NCBI GenBank assembly: GCA_020718105.1
Contig: DYDA01000009.1
Coordinates: forward strand, 2,783-66,782
Origin: Micavibrio sp.
GTDB taxonomy: Bacteria > Pseudomonadota > Alphaproteobacteria > UBA9219
Direction of reading: 5' to 3'
Length of the DNA stretch: 64,000 bases
This document shows, in pieces, positions 29,800 through 41,212 of the stretch. Positions within the stretch are counted from its first letter, which is position 1. Each line of letters begins with the position of its first letter. A program made the translations under genes and the position numbers. Under the pieces are notes generated by a model, which did no database searches, was not told where the DNA came from, and saw only the letters and a program-made list of their open reading frames with translations.

Positions 29800-29906
29800 C
29801 AAAAACCACCGAAAAAGATCAAGGGAATAGGAACAAGCAAGGGGCGCTTTTTTCAACGCCCCACACCATAGCGGAATATGCCCCCCGTTCAAGGCGAAAG
29901 TATGGC

Positions 29907-30200
29907 TTATGAAGCGTCCCTGATTTGAACCGCTGCTTTTAAAAGGTCGTTGACGCGCGTTTGCCAGCCTTTGCCGCTGGCTTTCAGGGCGGTCAGAACT
30001 TCCGTATCAAGGCTTAGGCTCACGACGGTTTTGCTGCGTCCGGCGGGTCTCCCACGCCCCCGCTTATAAGCCGCGACGATTTCCGGCGCGACTTCGCTGG
30101 CGGGACGCATCTTTCTCATAAGGGAAAGGGGGAGCGGCGGCAGTGCAGCAGAATCCCAATCGGCTTTCGAAATCTTAGATGGTTTACGTGTTGTCGTCAT
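29907..30200 (-). CDS. brnA: BrnA antitoxin
   Basis: RGRGRP..K..VSLSLD.EVL..LKASGKGWQTRVNDLL. Confidence 0.9.
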   Translation of the reverse strand: MTTTRKPSKISKADWDSAALPPLPLSLMRKMRPASEVAPEIVAAYKRGRGRPAGRSKTVVSLSLDTEVLTALKASGKGWQTRVNDLLKAAVQIRDAS

Positions 30201-30450
30201 AAAAACGCCTTTCCCGATTATTGGCCTTACGGAGTCCAATAATCCGTATTTTATTTTTGCGTAGCGTATAAACCATGACATGCAAACGACCCCAAATTGT
30301 GCCATAGGCAACAAAACGAGCTTCGCCATAGTCCTTGCGCGTGTCTTCTACGGCTTGAGCTGTTTCCCAATCGAACACCTCCGCATGGTCGAAATCGACG
30401 CCATGCCGGATCAAGTTCATTCTGGCTTTATTCTCATCCCACTCATACAT
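30184..30450 (-). CDS. brnT: BrnT ribonuclease toxin
   Basis: YEWDENK..NLIRHGVDF, DYGEARF, IRIIGLRKAN.RE. Confidence 0.92.
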   Translation of the reverse strand: MYEWDENKARMNLIRHGVDFDHAEVFDWETAQAVEDTRKDYGEARFVAYGTIWGRLHVMVYTLRKNKIRIIGLRKANNRERRFYDDNT

Positions 30451-30496
30451 CGTGAACACGTGTTTCTAATAAATATAGCTATATTTATTCAGTTTG

Positions 30497-32509
30497 TCAA
30501 GCGCTGGCGATCACCGTTTTGGCGGCCTCAACCCCAAGAGCCTCAAGGGCGGTTGCGACGATATGCTTGGCGGTTAAGCCTGCTTCCTCGTACTGCTTGA
30601 CTTGCGTGTCTTGCAATTGGAAGCGATCGGGCAGAGTCATGCAGCGGATTTTCATCCCGTGATCCATCGCTCCCAGATTGGCCAGATGATGCACAACATG
30701 GCTGCCGAACCCGCCGATAGAGCCTTCCTCAATCGTGATCAGAACCTCATGGTTTTTGGCGAGGCGTTGGATCATTTCCAGATCAAGCGGCTTGGCAAAG
30801 CGCAGATCGGCGATGGTGGTGGAAAGGCCACGCGAATCTAATTCCTCCGCCGCTTTACGGCATTCGCCAAGGCGCGTGCCAAGGTTGAGCAGCGCAATCT
30901 TGCTTCCTTCCTTGACGATGCGGCCACGTCCGATGGTCAGGACTTCGCCACGGTCGGGCAGCTCCATGCCAGAGCTATCGGCGCGAGGATACCGCACTGC
31001 CGTAGGGCGATCGTTGATGGCGGCGGCGGTTGCGACCATGTGGGTCATTTCAACCTCGTCCGAGGGCGCCATAACGATGATATCGGGAAGGCAGCCCATC
31101 AAAGCCAAATCGAACGATCCGGCATGTGTCGCGCCATCCGCGCCCACCAAACCGGCGCGATCCATCATCAAACGAACAGGCAGCTTTTGCAAAACGACAT
31201 CGTGCATGACTTGGTCATAGGCGCGTTGCATGAATGAAGAGTAGATGGCGCAGAAAGGTTTAAGCCCTTCGCAAGCCAAGCCTGCGGCAAAGGTGACCGC
31301 GTGCTGCTCGGCAATACCAACATCGAACAGGCGGCCTTCAAAACGGCGACCAAAGATATCAAGGCCCGTTCCGGCGGGCATGGCGGCGGTAATGGCGACG
31401 ATCTTGTCGTCATGTTCGGCCTCTTTGACCAGAGCATCGGCAAACACACGCGTGAAGGATGGGGGCGCGTTCTTGGCGCTTTCTTGTGCGCCTGTGACGA
31501 TGTTGAATTTGGCGACGCCATGCATTTTGTCGGGCGCGCAGACGGCGGGCGCATAGCCATGCCCTTTTTCTGTCACGATATGGATCAAAACGGGGCCGCC
31601 CTCTTGATTATCGCGCACGTTTTCCAAAACAGGAATCAAATGGTCAAAGTTATGACCATCGATGGGGCCAACATAATAGAATCCCATTTCCTCAAACAGC
31701 GTGCCGCCTGTCACAAGCCCACGGGCGTAATGCTCAGCCTTACGCGCCGCTTCCTTTAAAGGGCGGGGGAAAATGTTGGCAAACTCTTTGCCGATATGGC
31801 GGAGCTTGCGGTATTCCTTAGACGATGCGATGCGTGAAAGGTATGAGCTAATCGCCCCTGTTGGCGGCGCAATCGACATATCATTGTCATTGAGAATGAC
31901 GATAAGGCGCGAATCCATCGCGCCCGCGTTGTTCAACGCCTCATAGGCCATGCCTGCGCTGATCGAGCCATCGCCGATCACGGCAATCACTTGGTTTTTC
32001 TTTTGTGCGAAATCACGCCCTACCGCAAAGCCTACCGCTGCCGAAATGGATGTAGAGCTGTGCCCCGCGCCGAACGGATCGTATTCGCTTTCCTCGCGCT
32101 TTGTAAAACCTGATAGCCCGCCGCCTTGACGCAGCGTGCGGATGCGATCCCTGCGACCCGTAAGAATCTTGTGAGGATAAACCTGATGCCCAACATCCCA
32201 AATCAACGTGTCGTCAGGCGTGTTAAAGACGTAATGCAGCGCAACGGTTAGTTCAACCACACCAAGGCCAGAGCCGAAATGCCCACCTGTGGACGAGACG
32301 GTATCGATCACTTCGGCGCGAAGCTCATCCGCCAGTTGCGGCAACTGTTCGGGCGTCAGCTTTCGCAGGTCATAAGGCACTTTGACCGTATCAAGAAGCG
32401 GCGTGGCAGGGCGACCATTGAATGAGGGCACATCGCCTGCCTCAACAACGCATCCTTCGTCGGGACATAGGGCGTGCAAGGGTTTCTTATTTTTTTGGGT
32501 GAGCGACAC
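30497..32509 (-). CDS. dxs: 1-deoxy-D-xylulose-5-phosphate synthase
   Basis: [56 protein letters not shown]. Confidence 0.97.
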   Translation of the reverse strand: MSLTQKNKKPLHALCPDEGCVVEAGDVPSFNGRPATPLLDTVKVPYDLRKLTPEQLPQLADELRAEVIDTVSSTGGHFGSGLGVVELTVALHYVFNTPDDTLIWDVGHQVYPHKILTGRRDRIRTLRQGGGLSGFTKREESEYDPFGAGHSSTSISAAVGFAVGRDFAQKKNQVIAVIGDGSISAGMAYEALNNAGAMDSRLIVILNDNDMSIAPPTGAISSYLSRIASSKEYRKLRHIGKEFANIFPRPLKEAARKAEHYARGLVTGGTLFEEMGFYYVGPIDGHNFDHLIPVLENVRDNQEGGPVLIHIVTEKGHGYAPAVCAPDKMHGVAKFNIVTGAQESAKNAPPSFTRVFADALVKEAEHDDKIVAITAAMPAGTGLDIFGRRFEGRLFDVGIAEQHAVTFAAGLACEGLKPFCAIYSSFMQRAYDQVMHDVVLQKLPVRLMMDRAGLVGADGATHAGSFDLALMGCLPDIIVMAPSDEVEMTHMVATAAAINDRPTAVRYPRADSSGMELPDRGEVLTIGRGRIVKEGSKIALLNLGTRLGECRKAAEELDSRGLSTTIADLRFAKPLDLEMIQRLAKNHEVLITIEEGSIGGFGSHVVHHLANLGAMDHGMKIRCMTLPDRFQLQDTQVKQYEEAGLTAKHIVATALEALGVEAAKTVIASA

Positions 32510-32554
32510 AACGGTTCTCCTGAATTATTACTATCGAATAAGGGATTGATGAAT

Positions 32555-32788
32555 TCAAGATTCGCGTTTCCACGTGATCTGAAATTCTATTTCTTCTTGG
32601 TCGGCGGCGCGTTCATGCTCTATGTTGAAAAGGGCATGAGTGGGAACATGAAGCCGTTCACCAGCAATTTGGATATCAAACCGCTCTCCTTTCTCAAGGC
32701 AATCAGCAAGCCTGCGAAGTTTTTCGACAAACTGATTTGTCGGATAGGTTTTCTCGATATCGCGCTTTTTCGTTTTTACAACACTCAT
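32555..32788 (-). CDS. Amphi-Trp domain protein
   Basis: RDIEKTY...KLRRLADCLE.GERF.IQIAGER...EEIEFQITW. Confidence 0.8.
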   Translation of the reverse strand: MSVVKTKKRDIEKTYPTNQFVEKLRRLADCLEKGERFDIQIAGERLHVPTHALFNIEHERAADQEEIEFQITWKRES

Positions 32789-33313
32789 TTTTGTCCCCTT
32801 TTGCCCCCCCTTGTTTTTGATACGGATAGGTTGACAACTCCAATGTTGAACGGCGCAGACAACAGCGCAACAAAGGGGCTGTGAACGGCATGGAATCTCT
32901 TTCATATCACTTTCAGGGCGTAAGGCAGTAGGACTAGACCCATCCCCCCCTCTATTGCAAGAAGAGCGTTACTTTCGCGCAACAGAGTCGTTAGGTTATG
33001 TTGCTTTGCAACATTGGAGGGAGGGGCGTCGTGCCTCTTTTATTCAAAACACATGAAATTTAGCTTCCGCAAAAAGATGATTCAGAAAAGCGTTTGTTTT
33101 CAATGGGATACATGGGGTCTTCGATTTTGACAAAATCGTTATATTTCATGGACATAAATGGTTAATCCGGTACAAACAGACTCAAAAGCGTCTCTCAGTA
33201 GCCTTCTGCTCGACGTACGGCCTCAAAAAAGGGGAGATTCGTTGATTCTATTGTATTTTTTTGTGGGTCAAACGAGGGGGCGGGAGATGCCCCCCAAGCC
33301 GCTTAAGGAAGGG

Positions 33314-33880
33314 TTAAATATAAGGACTGTTTTGGAGACGTTGCTGCGCCTTTTTATCGATAGGTTCAGGCTGGGGGTCTTCTCTATGGCCAAAGTTAAA
33401 GTTATAGACGTTGGTTTTTGCTGACGCGGGCTCCAGCCGTTGCACGGAAGCTTTAATCTCGCTGATCTCTTTGGCGACGGCTTTAAACGCGCCCTCTACC
33501 GTTGGCCGCTGGGTAGCAGGAAGAAAATAAAAAAGCGCGCTAATAACAAGGCTGGAGATAGCGCCAGAGATCAGGCCGGAAGTCAGGGTGGGGACGAAAG
33601 CAGTTCTGTTGTGAATTTCTGATATTTTTCCTTGTTCGCTTTTTAGAAATGTTTCCTCTGCAGCTTTTAAAATTTTGTCCGTCTGTTCTTCGCTGTTTAA
33701 AATCCTATGTGCCGTTGGAATAGGCAGGGAGTCATCATCCAGATACTGGGAGAACGTAGCAAATGCCATCAAAGATGATATTCTTCCAGATTTTGCATAA
33801 GCTTGAAGAAAAACGTCCTGGGCTTTTAGCCGTATGGCATTTTTCGATGACGGAAGGGATTGCTTCTTATTTCTACTCAT
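33314..33880 (-). CDS. Hypothetical single-TM protein
   Basis: 188-aa AT-rich ORF with one hydrophobic segment. Confidence 0.55.
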   Translation of the reverse strand: MSRNKKQSLPSSKNAIRLKAQDVFLQAYAKSGRISSLMAFATFSQYLDDDSLPIPTAHRILNSEEQTDKILKAAEETFLKSEQGKISEIHNRTAFVPTLTSGLISGAISSLVISALFYFLPATQRPTVEGAFKAVAKEISEIKASVQRLEPASAKTNVYNFNFGHREDPQPEPIDKKAQQRLQNSPYI

Positions 33881-33957
33881 AATTTTTCTCCCATTTTTCA
33901 GGCAAGAAATTATCAAAATGTATTAATAAAGGCGTGTCGAATTTCTACCGGAAACCA

Positions 33958-34209
33958 TCAATCGTTATCGCAGGTCTTTTGCGAATGATGGTGATTGTGC
34001 CCATTGGGGCGGTTGGCGTATTCGGAAGCGATATCGAGAATTGCATTTCCAATGGCTATTCCCACCTTGGCGGGAACTGGCTGAGATGAAATGATCCACC
34101 AATCTTTTTGGAGCTTCGTTAAGCCAGAGGGGGGGGCAATGGGATGTTCTGCCAAAGATGTTCCTGCGGCAGCGCCGATTTGTTTTGCAGAAAGACTATG
34201 TTTTGACAT
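33958..34209 (-). CDS. Small hypothetical protein
   Basis: AAGGA upstream; His-rich C-terminus. Confidence 0.45.
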   Translation of the reverse strand: MSKHSLSAKQIGAAAGTSLAEHPIAPPSGLTKLQKDWWIISSQPVPAKVGIAIGNAILDIASEYANRPNGHNHHHSQKTCDND

Positions 34210-34532
34210 ATCCGTCACCATTCCTTGAGGAGAGTATGGCGCAGTATAAAACATTATCGTTTCCTTTCAAAAAGAATTAGAGCGTTATCATGAGAAGCAG
34301 TGTAAAAGGTATTGTGCGGGATGTCAGGAAAAATATACAATACTTTCATGGTGTTAGCTTAATAAAACCTTAATTGGTTTCTGAAAAATTAAGTTTAGGG
34401 CTACATTCTTGTTTTGCTTTCGGCCTTCGCAGGCGTGGGTGGCGGCGCGGTGGCCTTTTCTTTCTTTTCTCTCTGGTTTTTGTTATGTCCTTTCCCATGC
34501 TTTAGGCTTGTTGAAAGAAAGAAGGTTTTTTG

Positions 34533-35864
34533 ATGCCCCGTAAACTTTTTGGAACCGATGGTATCCGTGGCCGCGCCAATCAAGAGCCAATGACGGCCAC
34601 GACGGCGCTGTCCGTCGCGATGGCCGCTGCGCGGCTGTTTCGTCGCGGGGCGCATCGTCATCGCGTCGTGATTGGTAAGGACACGCGCCTGTCTGGCTAT
34701 TTGTTAGAGCCTGCGCTGACGGCGGGGTTTATCGCGCAGGGCATGGATGTTATTTTGCTGGGTCCCTTGCCGACGCCTGCCGTCGCGATGTTGACGAAAA
34801 GTCTACGCGCTGATTTGGGCGTGATGATCTCGGCCTCGCATAACCCTTATGCTGACAACGGCATCAAGTTGTTTGCACCGGATGGACAAAAGTTGTCGGA
34901 CGAGTTGGAAGAGCAAATTGAGGCTCTGATGGATGATCCCGAAAAGGACTTGGCGGCTTCGGACGTCTTGGGCAAGGCCTCGCGGCTTGAGGATGCGCAA
35001 GGCCGTTATGTCGAGTTTGTCAAGGCGACGTTTCCGGTGGGGCAGCGTCTTGATGGCCTTAAAATTGTGATCGATTGTGCCAATGGCGCGGCGTACAAAG
35101 TTGCGCCGACGGTTTTGTGGGAGTTGGGCGCCGAGGTGATCCCCGTTGCCATCACGCCCAACGGGCGCAACATCAATGATCATTGCGGCGCGACGCATAC
35201 CGATTTAATGCGCGAGACTGTTTTGCTTCATGGCGCGGATGTCGGGATTTCTTTGGATGGTGATGCCGACCGTTTGATCATGGCCGATGAAAAAGGACAA
35301 GTCATCGATGGTGATCAGTTGATGGCGCTCATTGCCAAGGCGTGGGCAGCGCAAGGCCGCCTTAAGGGGGGCAAGTTGGCGACGACGGTTATGTCCAATC
35401 TGGGGCTAGAGCGGTTTTTAAAAACGATAGGCCTTGGCATGATCCGTGCGAACGTAGGCGATCGTTATGTTGTTGAGGCGATGCGCGAGCAAGGCTGTAA
35501 CTTAGGCGGTGAGCAATCAGGCCATATGGTTCTTTCCGATTATTCAACAACGGGCGATGGGCTTTTGACGGCGCTGCAAGTGTTGGCCGTGATAGGCGAG
35601 GCGGGAAAGCCCGCCAGTCAAGTGTGCCGCTTGTTTGAGCCTGTGCCTCAGCTTTTGAAAAGCGTGAAGGTCTCCCGCGATGTGATGAACGATCCGGCCT
35701 TTTTGGACGCGATTAAGGTGGCTGAAGGAAAGCTTAACGGCGGCGGGCGTTTGCTTGTGCGCAAATCCGGTACGGAAAATCTGGTGCGCGTGATGGCCGA
35801 AGGTGATGACCCTGCTTTGGTTGAATCCATTGTGAACGATCTGATAGCCATGATCGCGCCGTAA
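34533..35864 (+). CDS. glmM: Phosphoglucosamine mutase
   Basis: [34 protein letters not shown]. Confidence 0.97.
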   Translation: MPRKLFGTDGIRGRANQEPMTATTALSVAMAAARLFRRGAHRHRVVIGKDTRLSGYLLEPALTAGFIAQGMDVILLGPLPTPAVAMLTKSLRADLGVMISASHNPYADNGIKLFAPDGQKLSDELEEQIEALMDDPEKDLAASDVLGKASRLEDAQGRYVEFVKATFPVGQRLDGLKIVIDCANGAAYKVAPTVLWELGAEVIPVAITPNGRNINDHCGATHTDLMRETVLLHGADVGISLDGDADRLIMADEKGQVIDGDQLMALIAKAWAAQGRLKGGKLATTVMSNLGLERFLKTIGLGMIRANVGDRYVVEAMREQGCNLGGEQSGHMVLSDYSTTGDGLLTALQVLAVIGEAGKPASQVCRLFEPVPQLLKSVKVSRDVMNDPAFLDAIKVAEGKLNGGGRLLVRKSGTENLVRVMAEGDDPALVESIVNDLIAMIAP

Positions 35865-35870
35865 GGGATG

Positions 35871-36073
35871 TAAGGCCAACCGCCCTATGAACCCACCCCT
35901 ATCGTCATTGCGAGCGAGCGCATGCGAGCGCGGCAATCCATCTCCCACACTTTCCACAAAAGCCCCTATTCGCCACTTCAGGTGATGGATCGCCACGCTC
36001 CGCCTTCGGCTCCGCTCGCGATGACGGATTCTATTTGAGAGTCGTTTCATTGGGCGGTTGGTATAAGGCCAAC
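35871..36073. mobile_element. MITE-like element with terminal inverted repeats enclosing a REP-like palindrome
   Basis: CCAACCGCCCTATGAA (35876) / TTCATTGGGCGGTTGG (36046-36061); internal CGTCATTGCGAGCG...CGCTCGCGATGACG. Confidence 0.7.
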
Positions 36074-36096
36074 TCTTGCCCTGTTTTGGGTATCTA

Positions 36097-38064
36097 TCAG
36101 CCCGTTTTTTGTGATTTGCCGACAGGCGAGGCCGTCAGAAATTCTTCCTCGGCATAAAGCAGCGCCTCTAGCTCTTCTTCGGTTAGGTTTTCATAATCGG
36201 GGATCGAGAAATTGATCAAGTCCTGATGATCAACGGTGCTTGGCAACGGGGCAGAGGGTGGTTTGATTTTTGAAAGTTTCTCAATAAGCGGCGCGGCAAA
36301 ATTGATGCGCGAGGGAGGCGCGTTGGCTGTGGGTTTTGTGATGGCGCGCTCGGCCAGCGGGGGACGCGCCGGTTCAGCGGGTTTGGTTTCTTCCGTTTTT
36401 CCTTCATGCTTTGACGCATCATGGGGTTTAGATATTCTGGCCTTTTGTGTAGGCGCCTTATTTTTTGTTTGGGTTAGGGGCGGCGTTTCTTGAGAGTCGT
36501 TTTCTTTTTTAAGAGCCTCTTTTGAAGCGCGCGTTCCATCCAACACTTCCGTTTTTGTTTCCGATAAACAAGCCGCAATTTCAGGCGAAATTTTCTTTTC
36601 TTCCGTGGCGAAGATAGGGGAGGGCGCAGGCGTTCCCGATGGGCCATCCGGTGGCGGCGAAGCAGAGGCTTTTTGCGTTAGGGAAAGAGTCGCCTCCTTG
36701 TCAGAGGGAGATTCAATTTGCGGCAAGGGAGCGGAAGCCATGGATTTAAGCGTGGTGGGCAAAGAACCCTTTTGCTCAATTTGCGATAGGCGCGGCGTGA
36801 CTTCTTCAATATGGCGCACAAGGGATTCCATGGCTTGACGCTTTGACGCGCCTTCGCCTTGGCCATCATGGGCGTTATAGTACGAAGCATAGTCGCTGGA
36901 CTGCCCATAAATAGAGGCAATCTGGCGTGATAAATCCGCGCCTAAAAGGCCAAGGCGTCCCACATAGGCCTGAAAGACCAAGGTGCGGATCCGTGGCCAG
37001 CTTGTTGTTTTTTCGTTGTTGTCTTGGGCAATTTTGGCAAGCCGCGCCTGACAAATTGATCGCGCCGCCATCAGTTCGCCGCGCAACGCGGCGGCGATAG
37101 CCTTGATGTCGTCGCGTTTTTGGCGAAGGCGATAGAGGGTCACCGCGCCCGTCACGCACAGCGTCGTGAAAAGGAAAAGAATCCCCGTCATAAGAAGCTG
37201 ATATCGCTCTAAAAAGCTTTGCTCCTGCGTGAAGGGCGCAGGAAGAAGATCGGCTGGGGAAAGCCCAAGGTCTTTATCCGAGAGCTTAAACGCATCAACC
37301 GAGGCGGAGTCCGTCAGGGAAACGCTTATCGGTTGCGCATCGTTTTGGCCTTCTGTTTTATCTTCAGTCACGGCAGGCGCGGCGGCAACGGCTCCCTTGT
37401 TTTTAAAGGCGGCGGCTTGCGCGGCGGTTAGCGCCTCTAGCTCAAGCTTGGCCTTGGCCTCTTCTCCTTTAAGGCGCGCGATTTCGGCTTTGGTCGCGGC
37501 GGCCTTGGCGGCGGCTTCGCTTAAGCTTTTATCCGAAGCGGCGGGTGGCGTCCCCGTTGACCACAGGCCAAGGCGCTGGCTTTGCGCCGCTTGTTCAGCG
37601 GCCAGATAGGCTTCGGCATAGTCCGACGATTGCAGCGTTCCGCGTGCGCTGACGGCCAAGCCGCGCCGCAAAAGCTCAAGGCCGAAATCAGTGTTGGATG
37701 CGTTACGACAAAGCGCCAGCAAACGGCCATCGCGGTCGCGGTCTTTAATCTGGCAAGTCACGGGGCCTTGGGCAAGAGCATCCACAACAGCGCGGGCTTG
37801 CGGCCCGTTGGTGGCGCTCATCTGCGGCGGCACAACGCCGTACAGGCGAACTTCATAACCGTTAAGGCGCAAGCGCTCGGCGTCCAATACTTCGGCTTGC
37901 CCGTCCAGCCTGCGCGAAGGCGGCATGGCGGTTTTATTGACAAGAACCTCGCTGTTGACGGGTGTGCGTGGCGCTTTTTTGGGTGGGGGCATAACTTGGG
38001 CTTGCGTTGCCTCGCAGGTGAAAAGCAAAGCCGCCCCGACTAAAAAAACAGTGATGCGCGTCAT
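36097..38064 (-). CDS. Membrane protein with thermonuclease (SNase)-like domain and disordered C-terminus
   Basis: Signal peptide, VRLYGV, DRDRDGRLLALC, AEQAAQSQRLGLW, TM, Pro/Ser-rich tail. Confidence 0.75.
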   Translation of the reverse strand: MTRITVFLVGAALLFTCEATQAQVMPPPKKAPRTPVNSEVLVNKTAMPPSRRLDGQAEVLDAERLRLNGYEVRLYGVVPPQMSATNGPQARAVVDALAQGPVTCQIKDRDRDGRLLALCRNASNTDFGLELLRRGLAVSARGTLQSSDYAEAYLAAEQAAQSQRLGLWSTGTPPAASDKSLSEAAAKAAATKAEIARLKGEEAKAKLELEALTAAQAAAFKNKGAVAAAPAVTEDKTEGQNDAQPISVSLTDSASVDAFKLSDKDLGLSPADLLPAPFTQEQSFLERYQLLMTGILFLFTTLCVTGAVTLYRLRQKRDDIKAIAAALRGELMAARSICQARLAKIAQDNNEKTTSWPRIRTLVFQAYVGRLGLLGADLSRQIASIYGQSSDYASYYNAHDGQGEGASKRQAMESLVRHIEEVTPRLSQIEQKGSLPTTLKSMASAPLPQIESPSDKEATLSLTQKASASPPPDGPSGTPAPSPIFATEEKKISPEIAACLSETKTEVLDGTRASKEALKKENDSQETPPLTQTKNKAPTQKARISKPHDASKHEGKTEETKPAEPARPPLAERAITKPTANAPPSRINFAAPLIEKLSKIKPPSAPLPSTVDHQDLINFSIPDYENLTEEELEALLYAEEEFLTASPVGKSQKTG

Positions 38065-38233
38065 GATCCTCAAACCTCGTTGTCGCTTTGATCTTTGGGG
38101 CGATTCTTTTTAGATTATACCCATCAATCCATCCTAACCCTTTTTTGTCCAAGATGGAAATAGAACCTATTGTGCAAAAGAAACAGAGGCTCTATTAATA
38201 AGAACGTAAGTAACCAGACATTACCCGTCTTGT

Positions 38234-38372
38234 GTCATTCCCGCGAAAGCGGGAATCCAGCGCCGAGCGTCCGCGAGGCGTATGAGTCAAAAACAGCGTG
38301 TTTCTCGTATCTTTTTGATTTATGTGCGCCGTGGACACGGCGCAGCTGGATTCCCGCTTTCGCGGGAATGAC
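38234..38372. repeat. REP/dRS3-like paired palindrome
   Basis: Perfect 28-bp inverted repeat GTCATTCCCGCGAAAGCGGGAATCCAGC; each arm contains ATTCCC-N8-GGGAAT. Confidence 0.88.
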
Positions 38373-38461
38373 GCAGTTTTTTTGAGAAGTTATGCCCTAT
38401 TATTTATGGACTGATTAATATCTCTTTGTTTTCAGTAAGAGCCTGCGCGAAAGGAATGACG

Positions 38462-39514
38462 ATGACAACAAAAATGCCAGTGACGGTTCTGACGGGGTTT
38501 CTTGGCTCTGGGAAAACGACCCTTCTTAATCACATTCTAACAGCCTCGCATGGTAAGCGTTACGCCGTCGTGGTCAACGAGTTTGGCGAGATTGGGATCG
38601 ATAATGACCTTATTGTTGCCTCGGATGAAGAGATTTTTGAAATGAGCAACGGGTGCGTTTGCTGCACCCTTCGCGGCGATTTGATCCGCGTGATCGGTGG
38701 GTTGATGCGTCGCGCTCATGCCTTTGATGGTATTTTGATCGAAACGACAGGGCTTGCCGATCCCGCCCCCGTGGCGCAGACGTTTTTGACCGATCCAGAT
38801 TTAGCCTCGCGCACTGTGCTGGATAGCATCATCGCGCTTGTTGATGCCGCGCATGTCGTGGAGCAGCTTAAGACCGATCCAGAGGTTGAGACGCAAATCG
38901 CGTTTGCCGATAGCCTTATTCTGAACAAAACGGATATTGTGAGCGAGGCCGACATCGCCAGCATCACAGCGCTTCTTAAAACGCTGAATCCCTTTGCGAC
39001 GGTTCATGTTGCCTCACGCGGCGTTCTGCCTCTTGATAAAATCATGGGGCAGGGCGGGTTTGATTTGGGGGCGGTGGCCGAGAAACTGGCCGCGTGTGAC
39101 GAACAAGAAGCGCAGGAAGAGCCCCCTCCTCACGCTCATCATGACGAGGGTGATTGCGCGTGCGGGTGTTGCATGGCAGCGGCAGCGCCTGTACCTGCTT
39201 TTCATCATGATACGACAATCAGCAGCGTTTCTTTGGTCAGCGATAAACCGATGGGGGCGGACAAGATTCAAAACTGGCTTGTGGCCTTGGCGCAAAAACA
39301 AGGAGCTGATCTCTTGCGCTATAAAGGCATTTTCCATTTCGCGGGCGAAGAAAACAAAATCGTGATCCAAGGTGTTCGCATGACGCTAGAGGGTGGCGCG
39401 CTTGCGCCGTGGCCTAAGACGGGGCGCCGCGTTAGCCGTCTTGTTTTGATTGGGCGGCAGCTTAAGGAAAAAGAACTTCGCGCCGCCTTCCTTGCCTGCA
39501 TAAGCGAAGAATAG
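38462..39514 (+). CDS. CobW/COG0523 metallochaperone GTPase
   Basis: [35 protein letters not shown], His/Cys-rich linker. Confidence 0.93.
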   Translation: MTTKMPVTVLTGFLGSGKTTLLNHILTASHGKRYAVVVNEFGEIGIDNDLIVASDEEIFEMSNGCVCCTLRGDLIRVIGGLMRRAHAFDGILIETTGLADPAPVAQTFLTDPDLASRTVLDSIIALVDAAHVVEQLKTDPEVETQIAFADSLILNKTDIVSEADIASITALLKTLNPFATVHVASRGVLPLDKIMGQGGFDLGAVAEKLAACDEQEAQEEPPPHAHHDEGDCACGCCMAAAAPVPAFHHDTTISSVSLVSDKPMGADKIQNWLVALAQKQGADLLRYKGIFHFAGEENKIVIQGVRMTLEGGALAPWPKTGRRVSRLVLIGRQLKEKELRAAFLACISEE

Positions 39515-39519
39515 ACGCC

Positions 39520-39978
39520 TCACCCAACGCCGGTTGAGCCAAAGCCGCCTGAACCTCGATTGGTCGGGGGAAGGCTGGCGGCGGCCTCCCATGTGATGCG
39601 GGTGTAGGGGGCGATGACCATTTGCGCGATGCGCATGCCGCGTGTGACGGTAAAGGGCTCACTGCCCAAGTTGGCCAAGATCACCTGCACTTCGCCTCTG
39701 TAATCGGCATCAATGGTTCCCGGACTGTTGAGAACGCTTAGCCCGTTTTTAAGGGCGAGGCCAGAGCGTGGCCTTATCTGCGCCTCAAACCCTTCTGGCA
39801 GAGCGATGGCAAGACCCGTGGGGATAAGCTTGCGCTCCCCCGCTTGTAATGTGATGGGGGCTTCCTCGCCAATGGCGGCGCACAGATCCATGCCAGCGGC
39901 ATGCTCGGTGGCATAGGCGGGAAGGTCAAGCCCCTGCGCATGGGGCAAGGTGGTGATGGCAACGATGACGTTTGGCAT
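39520..39978 (-). CDS. dut: dUTP diphosphatase
   Basis: [36 protein letters not shown]. Confidence 0.97.
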   Translation of the reverse strand: MPNVIVAITTLPHAQGLDLPAYATEHAAGMDLCAAIGEEAPITLQAGERKLIPTGLAIALPEGFEAQIRPRSGLALKNGLSVLNSPGTIDADYRGEVQVILANLGSEPFTVTRGMRIAQMVIAPYTRITWEAAASLPPTNRGSGGFGSTGVG

Positions 39979-40476
39979 AAAGATTTCCTAAGAGAGTTAA
40001 AAGACGGGGAAAGCGTAGCATGATCGCGGCATGCGAAAAAAGGGGGGCGGCCCGTAATCTTGCTCCAGCCCGTCTTCAGAGGATTTGCGGGTGTAAATGG
40101 CGCACCGGATGCGGGGCATTCATCATTTTCTCTCCTTTTTGCTTTTTAAATTGGCGGTGGAGTCGTGGCACAAGTAAAAACTTGCTGGCCAATTCTTTCC
40201 GGCCACCGACAGGTTGAATCATCTTTATGCCCCTGCATCCAATTATGTACTGCATACGGCATCGAATACAAGGGGTGCGCGAAAGGGCTCCCCCATTAAT
40301 GATTGGCACCGCAGGATGGTTAACGATGGTGCCCAGCATCTGCTTGCAGCAAGTCAAGCATAAAATCGTGTCATTTATCATGTTTTGCTTGGTTTTTGCT
40401 GCTGCATTCTTTTGATTTCAGGCCGCGTTAACGATATAATGAGTTTGTTGCTTTAAGGACTTTTTAGAGAAGGATT

Positions 40477-40767
40477 TTGACCATGTGCGAGGATGCTGCA
40501 TCAAACGTACTCTCCTTTAAAGCGAAGGGCGTTTCCAACAAGGGCTGCGAGCTTTCCAGAACGATTGACTTCAAAGAGACGCATACACTCTCTGCACTTA
40601 TCCGTCACGTCGCCCACGAGATAAAAACCGAGGAAGCGGAAATCTTTGAGATAACCCAAAGAGTCTTCGGCGTTTGTGATTTGAGTCATCTTCCGGCCAA
40701 AGACCTTGAAACCGTCTTGAATTTTCTTATCGGCATTGCGGGATCAAGCACAGCGGCTAAAAATTGA
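40477..40767 (+). CDS. Small protein with ORF6C/antirepressor-like C-terminal domain
   Basis: ALIRHVA...RVFGVCDLSHLPAKDLETVLNFL; paralogous to 43333 and 43687. Confidence 0.6.
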   Translation: MTMCEDAASNVLSFKAKGVSNKGCELSRTIDFKETHTLSALIRHVAHEIKTEEAEIFEITQRVFGVCDLSHLPAKDLETVLNFLIGIAGSSTAAKN

Positions 40768-40771
40768 CTCG

Positions 40772-41212
40772 TTATAGGGTTATCCGGAAGCCTTCGTAAC
40801 GAAACACACGATGATTGCGAAGGCGTTCTATGCCTAGGAGCTTTTTCGCTTTAGCATCAAGCTTGAACACCAGCATGGAATAGATGTAGCTGTCTGGGCC
40901 TTCACCGGTGATGTTTTCCATTTCTTCAAGACCGCTGCGTTCCAACCAGAGCTGTGCCTTCTTGGGAGGTGCTTTAAGTTTTGTTTCTTTCCAGAGGAAA
41001 AGGCCATCTTTGCCCCAATCAACAATAAGATACTTGCGCGGGGATTTCTGAGGAGATGTTTTCACAGTCCAACAGGGCCATCGCTTCTTCTTCCGGCCAT
41101 CTGTGACAGGCTCTAATGTGCAATATTCAAGCGAAACCACCTCTCCCTTCGGAAAGCCCTTTGGCTCGATGAGATTTCCAACCTTTAAAGAAGCTTTGAA
41201 AGACGATTTCAT
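40772..41212 (-). CDS. Hypothetical protein
   Basis: ATGA overlap with upstream DUF2156 gene. Confidence 0.65.
   Translation of the reverse strand: MKSSFKASLKVGNLIEPKGFPKGEVVSLEYCTLEPVTDGRKKKRWPCWTVKTSPQKSPRKYLIVDWGKDGLFLWKETKLKAPPKKAQLWLERSGLEEMENITGEGPDSYIYSMLVFKLDAKAKKLLGIERLRNHRVFRYEGFRITL

Noticed and set aside
40020-40415. Short ORFs or att site at the left island edge
   Set aside because: Overlapping ORFs lack RBS or motifs; no att core or dif-like site could be identified
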